From contig JBKKBV010000080.1 in NCBI GenBank assembly GCA_046713375.1, positions 1-35,465 on the forward strand: DNA of 35,465 nucleotides, given 5' to 3'. Origin of the DNA: Candidatus Limnocylindria bacterium (GTDB lineage: Bacteria > Chloroflexota > Limnocylindria > QHBO01). Below the pieces are notes generated by a model that worked only from the letters and a program-made list of their open reading frames with translations, did not search any database and was not told where the DNA came from. Shown in pieces: positions 28,318 to 35,035 of this stretch (its first letter is position 1; the number at the start of each line of letters is the position of its first letter). Made by a program: the position numbers and the translations under genes.

Positions 28318-28809
28318 ATGGACTGGCAGCCGTGGCTCGTCTTCTCGCACATCCTTGGCGCATTCGTCTTCGTGCTGGCGCACGGGGTCTCGATGTTCGT
28401 TGCGATCCGGGTCCGCAACGAACGAGATCAGGCTGTCGTCGCGGCCATGCTCGACCTGTCGAAGCTGGCCGTGACGATCGCGGCGTTCGCCGTCATCTTC
28501 CTGCTGGCCACCGGGATCGCCGCCGGCTTCGTCGGCGATTACTGGGGGCGACGCTGGATCTGGGCTTCGCTCGGAATCCTGATCCTGCTGTGGGGCTACA
28601 TGAGCTTCCGCGGAACGCGCCATCACGACGACGTGCGCCACGCGGTCGGGAGCGTCGGCATCTACGACAAGAAGGGGACCGAGCCGCCGCCGGCGGACCC
28701 GGCGGCGTTGCCTGCACTCCTCGCTTCGACGCGGGCCCTCGAACTCGCGACGGTCGGCGGCATCGGCCTGGTCGTGATCCTCTGGCTGATGGTCTTCAAG
28801 CCGTTCTAG
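28318..28809 (+). CDS. DUF2269-like integral membrane protein
   Basis: 163 aa with 4 TM (WLVFSHILGAFVFVLAHGVSMF...). The family assignment is tentative. Confidence 0.6.
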   Translation: MDWQPWLVFSHILGAFVFVLAHGVSMFVAIRVRNERDQAVVAAMLDLSKLAVTIAAFAVIFLLATGIAAGFVGDYWGRRWIWASLGILILLWGYMSFRGTRHHDDVRHAVGSVGIYDKKGTEPPPADPAALPALLASTRALELATVGGIGLVVILWLMVFKPF

Positions 28810-28819
28810 AGCGACGGCC

Positions 28820-29257
28820 CTACATCGCGGCCGCCGCCACCTTCCCAGTCTCCAGCAGCTCCTTCAGCCCGCCGAGGATCGTCTCCCAGCCTCCACTGGT
28901 GTACTCGATCGTGGCCGGCCCGCGGCCGGTGTGGGTGACGGTGAGGCGACATCGGTCACCAATAGGGGTGATCTCGAACTCGATACGTGACGGCGCCTCA
29001 GCGGCTGCCTCCGGCTCGTGGACGACGTGGAAGGAATGGACCAGGCGCCGTGGCGGGTCGATCTCCAGGATCTCGCCCTCGAGGTAGACCTCGCCCTGCT
29101 CCGACTCGCTGGTCCAGCGCGAGCCGACCTTCCAGTCCGAGATGCTGAGCGCGCCGTACCAGTACCTGCGCGTCTGCTGCGGGTCGGTGATCGCCTTCCA
29201 CAGCCGCTCGGGAGTGGTCGCGATCTCGACCTCGTAGACGTTTTCAGGTGCCGTCAT
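28820..29257 (-). CDS. SRPBCC-superfamily protein (AHSA1/Aha1-like domain)
   Basis: 145 aa. Motifs IATTPERLWKAITDPQQTRRYWYG, ILEIDPPRRLV and GGWETILGGLKELLETG. AGGAGG lies 7 nt upstream of ATG 29255-29257. Confidence 0.8.
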   Translation of the reverse strand: MTAPENVYEVEIATTPERLWKAITDPQQTRRYWYGALSISDWKVGSRWTSESEQGEVYLEGEILEIDPPRRLVHSFHVVHEPEAAAEAPSRIEFEITPIGDRCRLTVTHTGRGPATIEYTSGGWETILGGLKELLETGKVAAAAM

Positions 29258-29292
29258 CGATGCCTCCTGCGCGGTTACGTCGGCGGCCATGA

Positions 29293-29607
29293 TCAGCGAG
29301 CCGATTCCGCGGGCTCGGCGTACATCAGGGAGCCTGGCGTGGTGAGCAGCTCGCCGGTCTCCAGCCACGTCTTGAGGCCGGAGAGGATCATCGGCCAGCC
29401 GCCGTACAGCTCCTCGTTGGCGCCTTCGCGCAGCTGATCGTGGGTGACCACCAGGCGGCACGAGTCGCCGACCGGCTCGATCTCCCAGGTGACCCGCGAA
29501 AAGCCCTCGTCCTTCACCTCGTCGCTCCACAGGGCTCGCATGCTCTGCACGAGCTTGCGCGGCGGGTCGACCTCGAGGTTCTCGCCCTCGCCGAGAAGCG
29601 TAGTCAC
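29293..29607 (-). CDS. SRPBCC/AHSA1-like paralogue lacking about 58 N-terminal residues (possible gene remnant)
   Basis: 104 aa. It aligns to residues from about 59 to 140 of the neighbouring paralogue (NLEVDPPRKLV, CRLVVTHD, GGWPMILSGLKTWLETG). An in-frame TGA (reverse complement of 29611-29613) lies two codons upstream of the GTG start. Confidence 0.55.
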   Translation of the reverse strand: MTTLLGEGENLEVDPPRKLVQSMRALWSDEVKDEGFSRVTWEIEPVGDSCRLVVTHDQLREGANEELYGGWPMILSGLKTWLETGELLTTPGSLMYAEPAESAR

Positions 29608-29618
29608 ATGTCAAGAGG

Positions 29619-30038
29619 CTAGACCCGCCGGACCTGCTCGGCCTCGCGGCCCTCGACCGGTCGGTCGCAGGTGGGGCAGTACCAGCGCGCCTCTACCGGT
29701 GTGCCGCACGCAGCGTGGCGCAGTGGCTCGGATTCGCGAGAGACGCGCGAGCCCCAGTCGGCGAGCAGACGCAGGGCGCCGGCCAGCTCGGCCCCCTCGG
29801 CGGTGAGGGCGTAGGCGAAGCGCGGCGGGCGCTCGGAATAGGGGGTCGCCGACACGATCCGCTCCGATTCCAGGCGGCGCAGCCGGTCGGCCAGGATGTT
29901 CGGCGCGATGCCGGTCACGGCCTCGCCCAGCTCGTTGAAGCGGCGAGGCCCCGGCAGGAGGGCCTCGACCAGCAGCAGGCTCCATCGGTCCCCCACCCGC
30001 GCCAGCGCGGCGGCCAGGGGTGAGTCGTTCGAGGCCAT
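29619..30038 (-). CDS. HxlR-family winged-helix transcriptional regulator with Cys/His-rich C-terminal extension
   Basis: VGDRWSLLLVEALLPGPRRFNELGEAVTGIAPNILADRLRRLESERIVSATPYSERPPRFAYALTAEG is the HxlR core. A tail of about 39 aa follows with HAAC-x10-CPTC. ATG 30036-30038 was chosen (MASNDSP...); the track ORF starts at 30095. Confidence 0.82.
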   Translation of the reverse strand: MASNDSPLAAALARVGDRWSLLLVEALLPGPRRFNELGEAVTGIAPNILADRLRRLESERIVSATPYSERPPRFAYALTAEGAELAGALRLLADWGSRVSRESEPLRHAACGTPVEARWYCPTCDRPVEGREAEQVRRV

Positions 30039-30061
30039 GACGGGATCGTACGGCATCGGCC

Positions 30062-30104
30062 TTGACAAACGGTCCGTGGGGAGTAACTTGCGCATTGCAA
30101 GTCA
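30062..30104 (+). promoter_or_regulatory. candidate promoter (TTGACA-16 nt-TAACTT) overlapping an inverted repeat ACTTGC-n5-GCAAGT
   Basis: TTGACA lies at 30062-30067 and TAACTT at 30084-30089. The inverted-repeat arms lie at 30086-30091 and 30097-30102. The element sits in the 92-bp gap between hxlR and the divergent protease gene. Confidence 0.4.
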
Positions 30105-30130
30105 CACGCTACCAGATGGAGTAGAGATCA

Positions 30131-31015
30131 ATGGGTCCCATGGACGAGCTTGGCAAGGCGATCGCATCGGTCGCATCAACGGCGGGAGGTTCGACGGTCG
30201 GCATTGGCAACCGATGGCGCGGCGGGTCGGGCGTGGTGGTCGAATCCGGCAAGGTGCTGACCAATGCGCACAACCTGCACGGCGACGAGGTGCACGTCTT
30301 CTTCGCCGGTGGACGGGAGGCGGAAGGCAAGGTCCTTGGAGCCGATGGCGACGGCGACCTGGCGGTGATCGGGGTCGACACCGGCGACGCGCCTGTGATC
30401 GCGTGGGGGGATGGGTCGGCCCTCGGGATCGGCTCGCCGGTCGTTGCGATCGGCAACCCTGCGGGAAACGGGCTGCGCGTTACGGTTGGGTACGTCTCCG
30501 GCATCGGGCGCGAGTTCCGCGGCCCAAGGGGGCGTCGCGTGGCGGGCGCGGTCGAGCACACCGCTCCCCTCCTGCCCGGCTCGTCGGGTGGGCCGATCGT
30601 CGACGGCGACGGCAAGCTGCTGGGGATCAACACGAACCGGCTTGGGAGCGGCTTCTACCAGGCGATCTCTGCCGATGCGGCCCTGCGCGACCGCGTGGCG
30701 GCACTCGGTCGAGGAGAGGAGCCGAAGCGGCGACGACTGGGGCTGGGCCTCGCACCAGCGCACGTGGCGCGCCAGCTGCGTCGCGCGGTGGGGCTCGACG
30801 AGCGCGACGGGCTGCTGGTCCGTGACGTCGAGGATGGATCCCCGGCCGCCAAGGCGGGGATCGCCGAGGGCGACCTGATCGTGGCCGCCGCCGGCAAGCC
30901 CGTGGCCAGCGCCGACGACCTGTTCGAGGCGATGGGTTCGCTGGCCGCGGATGCCGCGCTGCCCCTCACCGTCCTGCGCGGCGCGGAGGAGCGGACCGTT
31001 ACCATCGCGGCGTGA
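30131..31015 (+). CDS. S1C (HtrA/DegP-like) trypsin-fold serine protease with C-terminal PDZ domain, no signal peptide
   Basis: Catalytic motifs LTNAHNL, DGDLAVI and LPGSSGGPIVD. PDZ-like segment LLVRDVEDGSPAAKAGIAEGDLIVAAAG. The N-terminus MGPMDELGKAIASVAS is not hydrophobic. GGAG lies 9 nt upstream. Confidence 0.85.
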   Translation: MGPMDELGKAIASVASTAGGSTVGIGNRWRGGSGVVVESGKVLTNAHNLHGDEVHVFFAGGREAEGKVLGADGDGDLAVIGVDTGDAPVIAWGDGSALGIGSPVVAIGNPAGNGLRVTVGYVSGIGREFRGPRGRRVAGAVEHTAPLLPGSSGGPIVDGDGKLLGINTNRLGSGFYQAISADAALRDRVAALGRGEEPKRRRLGLGLAPAHVARQLRRAVGLDERDGLLVRDVEDGSPAAKAGIAEGDLIVAAAGKPVASADDLFEAMGSLAADAALPLTVLRGAEERTVTIAA

Positions 31016-31281
31016 GCGCCGAGACGATCTGTCGCCACCTCGACGGTGTCTATCCGGTCGCGGCCCGGGGCCGCGGCTGCGAGGAATGCCTGGCGACCGG
31101 CGAGCGCTGGCTCCATCTGCGCCGGTGCCTGCATTGCGGCCACGTCGGCTGCTGCGACCAGTCACCGGGCCGCCACGCATCGGGCCATGCGCGCGATTCC
31201 GGCCATCCGGTGGCTGAGTCGATGGAGCCTAATGAGGACTGGCGCTGGTGCTTCGTCGACCAGGTGTACCTGGATGGCTAG
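31012..31281 (+). CDS. UBP-type zinc-finger (zf-UBP) domain protein (89 aa)
   Basis: ICRH...CEECLATGERWLHLRRCLHCGHVGCCDQSPGRHASGHARDSGHPV...WRWCF matches the zf-UBP Cys/His pattern. GTG 31012 overlaps the protease stop as GTGA. Confidence 0.75.
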   Translation: MSAETICRHLDGVYPVAARGRGCEECLATGERWLHLRRCLHCGHVGCCDQSPGRHASGHARDSGHPVAESMEPNEDWRWCFVDQVYLDG

Positions 31282-31282
31282 G

Positions 31283-32440
31283 TCAGCCCCAGGGAGCCGG
31301 TAGCGCGGGCAGCCTAACCTCCTCGGCACCGATCCAGCCCGCCAGCCCGTCGATCGCCGCGCGAACCGCCGGCCAGGCATCGGCCGGGGCGTTCGGCTCG
31401 GCGTAGATGGCGTTCACCGTCAGGGCGCGCCGCTTCCGGTCGAGGACGGGGTCGATCCGGCCGATCAGGCGATCGCCGTGGAGGATCGGCAGCACGTAGT
31501 AGCCGTACTGTCGCTTCGCAGCCGGGACGTAGATCTCGAGCCGGAAGCGGAAGTCGAAGAGCACCTCGGCTCGCTCGCGATCCGAAATGAGCGGATCGAA
31601 CGGGCCGAGCAGCGTGGTCCGCGGCTGCCAGAGGTCGTCGAGACCGGCCAGCAGTTCGGCGTGGGCGAGCCACTCGCCGGGCAGGCCGTCGATTTCGACC
31701 GGCACCGCCACGCCATCGGCCAGCAATGAGGCGAGCCCGATCTCGCGCGCGGGCAACCAGTAGTCGATCGCCTGCCCGAACCCCGGCTCGTCGAAGCCGC
31801 GGGCGCGCAGCTGCCTTTCCATGATCTCGATCGCCGCGACCTCGTCGGGGAGCTCCTCGTCGACCAGGGGCAGCACGCGCTCGGCGAGATCCCAGACCCG
31901 CTGGGTCCCATCGCGGCGGCTGATCGCGATGTCGCCGGCCCGCCACAAGCAGTCGAGCATCTGGCCAAGGTTCTTGCCGTCGTTCCAGCCGCCGCTCCGC
32001 CACGGCACGACCGCGCGGTCGTCGAGGTCGCGCGAGAGGAGCGGTCCGCGACCGCGAAGCTCGTCGAGGATGTAGGCCCGGAACGAGGCGTTGTCGGCCA
32101 GCCACTCGCGGATGTAGCGGCCGCGGCTGTATTCGGGCCGCGGGAACCGCGCCATGGCGGGGCGATGCAGCGGCAGGTCCGCGGTGGGGACCAGGTAGGC
32201 GTTGTACTCGAAGAGCTGGCGCGGCTCGTCCTCGAGCAGGCGACGGAGCTCGTCGCGGTCGTAAGTTCCGTACCGGCTCCATAGGGTGAGCTGCTCGGCG
32301 CGCGCCACCACCGCGGTCGGATCGACCTGGACCCTGCCCAGTCGCTTGACCACCTCCAGCACGGAGCCCGGGCGCGGTCCTGCCAGCATCGTGCCCAGAA
32401 TCGCCAGCCGCCTCGCTTCGGTGAGCGTCAGATTGCGCAC
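31283..32440 (-). CDS. ycaQ: YcaQ/AlkZ-family (HTH_42, DUF1006) winged-helix DNA glycosylase
   Basis: LTLTEARRLAILG...RLGRVQVDPTAVV contains the Q-hydrophobic-D motif. The C-terminal LGPFDPLISDRERAEVLFDFRFRLEIYVPAAKRQYGYYVLPILHGDRLIGRID closely parallels E. coli YcaQ as I recall it. GTG 32438-32440 was chosen; the 646-aa track ORF is an extension. Confidence 0.8.
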   Translation of the reverse strand: MRNLTLTEARRLAILGTMLAGPRPGSVLEVVKRLGRVQVDPTAVVARAEQLTLWSRYGTYDRDELRRLLEDEPRQLFEYNAYLVPTADLPLHRPAMARFPRPEYSRGRYIREWLADNASFRAYILDELRGRGPLLSRDLDDRAVVPWRSGGWNDGKNLGQMLDCLWRAGDIAISRRDGTQRVWDLAERVLPLVDEELPDEVAAIEIMERQLRARGFDEPGFGQAIDYWLPAREIGLASLLADGVAVPVEIDGLPGEWLAHAELLAGLDDLWQPRTTLLGPFDPLISDRERAEVLFDFRFRLEIYVPAAKRQYGYYVLPILHGDRLIGRIDPVLDRKRRALTVNAIYAEPNAPADAWPAVRAAIDGLAGWIGAEEVRLPALPAPWG

Positions 32441-32467
32441 GAAGGGCAGTGTGGCAGACTCCCCCGC

Positions 32468-33142
32468 ATGATAAGCACGGTCCGGGTGGTCGGCACCGGG
32501 CGTGCCGGCGGCGCCATCGCGGCCCGCCTGGCCGATCGCGGGCTGACCGTCCGCGCCGGTCGTGACGCCCTCGCCGATGCCGATCTCGTGCTGCTGGCCG
32601 TGCCTGATGCGGCGATCGCCGAGGTGGCGCAGCGCGTCGAGATCGGTCCCTGGGTGGCCCATGTAAGCGGCGCCACCACGCTGCGGGCGCTTGACCCGCA
32701 TACGCGACGATTCAGCGTCCATCCCCTCCAGACGCTCACCCGCGAACGAGGGGCGGAGCAGCTCGACGGCGCCTGGGCCGCCGTCACCGCCGAGACCGAT
32801 GAGGCACGCGAAGTGGCGCGCTGGCTGGCCGAGACGCTCGGCCTCCACCCTTTCGACCTGGCCGATGCCGACAAGCCGCTGTACCACGCGGGCGCGGCCA
32901 TGGCCAGCAATTTCCTGGTGGCGCTGCATCGAGCCGCAGCGCGGCTGCTCGAGGAGAGCCACGCGCCACCCGAGGCGCTGATCCCGCTCATGACGCGCAC
33001 CATCGAGAACGGATTCGTCCTGACCGGGCCGATCGCCCGCGGCGACTGGTCGACGGTCGAAGCGCACCTGCAGGCCCTCGAGGAGCGCGCACCGGACCTC
33101 GTGCCGCTGTACCGGGCGCTGGCAGAGGCGACCCGCCCGTGA
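32468..33142 (+). CDS. Rossmann-fold plus DUF2520 domain protein (putative ketopantoate reductase-like)
   Basis: VRVVGTGRAGGAIAARLADRG is a dinucleotide-binding motif. LTGPIARGDWSTVEAHL is a DUF2520-type motif. The stop overlaps the panC start as GTGA. Confidence 0.7.
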   Translation: MISTVRVVGTGRAGGAIAARLADRGLTVRAGRDALADADLVLLAVPDAAIAEVAQRVEIGPWVAHVSGATTLRALDPHTRRFSVHPLQTLTRERGAEQLDGAWAAVTAETDEAREVARWLAETLGLHPFDLADADKPLYHAGAAMASNFLVALHRAAARLLEESHAPPEALIPLMTRTIENGFVLTGPIARGDWSTVEAHLQALEERAPDLVPLYRALAEATRP

Positions 33143-33948
33143 ACGTCGTCCGCACCGTCGCCGACCTGCGCGCGGCGTTGGATCCGGGGCCAGGGCGCGC
33201 GGCCAGCATCGGCCTCGTGCCAACCATGGGTGCCATGCACGACGGGCACCGTTCCCTCATTGCCGCGGCGCGCGAAGGAACGGAGCAGGTCGTGGTCAGC
33301 GTGTTCGTGAACCCCGCCCAGTTCGGGCGAGGCGAGGACCTGGAGCGGTACCCGCGCGACGAGGCGGCCGACATCGCGGTCGCCGAGTCAGCCGGAGTGG
33401 ACATCCTGTTTGTGCCGGCTGCAGAACAGATCTATCCCGATGGCTTCGATACGTGGATCGATCCGGGGAAGGTCGCAACGTACCTGGAGGGCTCATCGCG
33501 GCCGGGCCACTTTCGCGGCGTGGCGACCATCTGCACCAAGCTCTTCCTGCTGGTCAAGCCACAGCGCGCCTATTTCGGGCGCAAGGATGCGCAGCAGGTG
33601 GCCGTCGTCAAGCAGCTCGTCCGCGACCTGGACCTGCCTGTCGAGATCGTGGCCTGTCCCACCGTGCGCGATGCCGATGGCCTTGCGCTGTCGAGCCGCA
33701 ACGCGTTCCTCTCGGCGGAGGAGCGGCAGGCGGCGCTGGCCCTGCCTCGGGCGCTGCAGGCGGGCCTCGCAGCGCATCGGTCCGGAACGGACGCGGTGCG
33801 CGCCGCCCGTGAGGCGCTCGATACCGAGCCGCGGCTGAACGTGGACTACGTCGCCGAGGCGGACCTCGACGGACCGACCCTGGCGGCCGCGGTCGTGGTC
33901 GGATCGACGCGTCTGATAGACAATGTGCTCCTCGATGCAGAGGCATAG
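33139..33948 (+). CDS. panC: pantoate--beta-alanine ligase
   Basis: Motifs GLVPTMGAMHDGHRSLI, VSVFVNPAQF, GHFRGVATICTKLF, FGRKDAQQ and LALSSRN. Confidence 0.94.
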   Translation: MNVVRTVADLRAALDPGPGRAASIGLVPTMGAMHDGHRSLIAAAREGTEQVVVSVFVNPAQFGRGEDLERYPRDEAADIAVAESAGVDILFVPAAEQIYPDGFDTWIDPGKVATYLEGSSRPGHFRGVATICTKLFLLVKPQRAYFGRKDAQQVAVVKQLVRDLDLPVEIVACPTVRDADGLALSSRNAFLSAEERQAALALPRALQAGLAAHRSGTDAVRAAREALDTEPRLNVDYVAEADLDGPTLAAAVVVGSTRLIDNVLLDAEA

Positions 33949-33951
33949 CCA

Positions 33952-34839
33952 GTGACCACCAGCCATACGAACGTCGGCGAATCCCAGGTCCCGGCCAAGC
34001 TCGCCATCACCGAGCTGTTGGAGATGAAGCGGCAGGGCACCAGGATCGCGATGGTGACCGCCTACGACGCCGCGGGCGCCCGCCTGGCCCAGGCGGCCGG
34101 CATCGACGTCGTGCTGGTGGGCGACAGCGCCGCGATGGTGGTCCTCGGACACGACTCGACGGTCCCCGTGACGATGGGCGAGATGATCTTCATGACCCGC
34201 GCCGTCGCCTCGGCCGTGCAGCGGCCGCTGGTGGTCGGCGACATGCCCTTCGGCTCGTACCAGGTCTCTGACCAGGAAGCGGTGCGCAACGCGGTCCGCT
34301 TCGTGAAGGAGGGGCGCGCGGACACCGTCAAGCTCGAGGGCGCTGGGCGGATGCTGCCCCGCGTGCGGGCCATCGTCGAGTCCGGGATCCCGGTGATGGG
34401 TCACCTGGGGCTGACGCCGCAGTCGGCCACGGCGCTGGGCGGTTACAAGGCCCAGGGGCGGACGGCCGCCCGGGCGCGCAGGATGCTGTCTGATGCGCTC
34501 GCTCTCCAGGAGGCCGGCTGCTATTCGCTCGTGCTCGAGGCGGTGCCCACGCCGGTCGCGGCGCGGATCACCGAGGCGCTCGAGATTCCGACCATCGGGA
34601 TCGGCGCTGGGCCGCGGGTCGACGGCCAGGTGCTCGTCTACCACGACCTGCTGGGCCTGACCGAGGGACACACCGCGCGCTTCGTGAAGCGCTACGCGGA
34701 CCTGGCGACGGTCATCCGCGAGGCGCTGGCTGCGTTTGCCGCCGATGTCCGGTCCGGCGACTACCCGGAGGAGCGCCACACGTATGGCATGCCGGCCGAT
34801 GAGCAAGCCGCCTTCGAGGCGGGCTTCGAGGAGAAGTAG
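33952..34839 (+). CDS. panB: 3-methyl-2-oxobutanoate hydroxymethyltransferase
   Basis: Motifs RIAMVTAYDAAGARLAQAAGIDVVLVGDSAAMVVLGH, VVGDMPFGSYQ, VKLEGA, MGHLGLTPQS and IGIGAG. GTG start. Confidence 0.95.
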   Translation: MTTSHTNVGESQVPAKLAITELLEMKRQGTRIAMVTAYDAAGARLAQAAGIDVVLVGDSAAMVVLGHDSTVPVTMGEMIFMTRAVASAVQRPLVVGDMPFGSYQVSDQEAVRNAVRFVKEGRADTVKLEGAGRMLPRVRAIVESGIPVMGHLGLTPQSATALGGYKAQGRTAARARRMLSDALALQEAGCYSLVLEAVPTPVAARITEALEIPTIGIGAGPRVDGQVLVYHDLLGLTEGHTARFVKRYADLATVIREALAAFAADVRSGDYPEERHTYGMPADEQAAFEAGFEEK

Positions 34840-35035
34840 CCCGCACTGGTGCTTCGGGTTGTGCCGCACGCTCGGCATCTGAGCATCTGGACCACGGATT
34901 GCGGGCAGCGCCAGTCGACGACGAGGCGGCCAGATCGGGCGCGGCTCATGTGCGGAACCGACCTCAGACTCCTAGCCATGACCTTGGTGCTCGAGTGGCG
35001 TGCATGCTATCGGTGCTCGTACCCTACGGTCCTCA

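Noticed and set aside
31283-33223. 646-aa version of the ycaQ ORF. Similar long 5' extensions exist for ORFs 26446-27843, 17979-19214, 13323-14459, 13789-15252, 3704-4879, 21614-22765, 22129-23796, 23573-24595, 24496-25425 and 25364-26449.
   Set aside because: The extensions overlap well-supported neighbouring genes and lack family similarity. Internal starts give canonical N-termini and tight operon junctions.
33493-34878. 461-aa minus-strand ORF antisense to panC and panB.
   Set aside because: Low-complexity Arg/Gly/Asp/His-rich translation, whereas panC and panB are certain.
34840-35035. A 196-bp intergenic gap after panB, checked for a tRNA, riboswitch or terminator.
   Set aside because: No cloverleaf or T-loop-like sequence (GGTTCGA type), no strong hairpin and no conserved riboswitch core that I can recognise. 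It is probably just the promoter region of the next gene.
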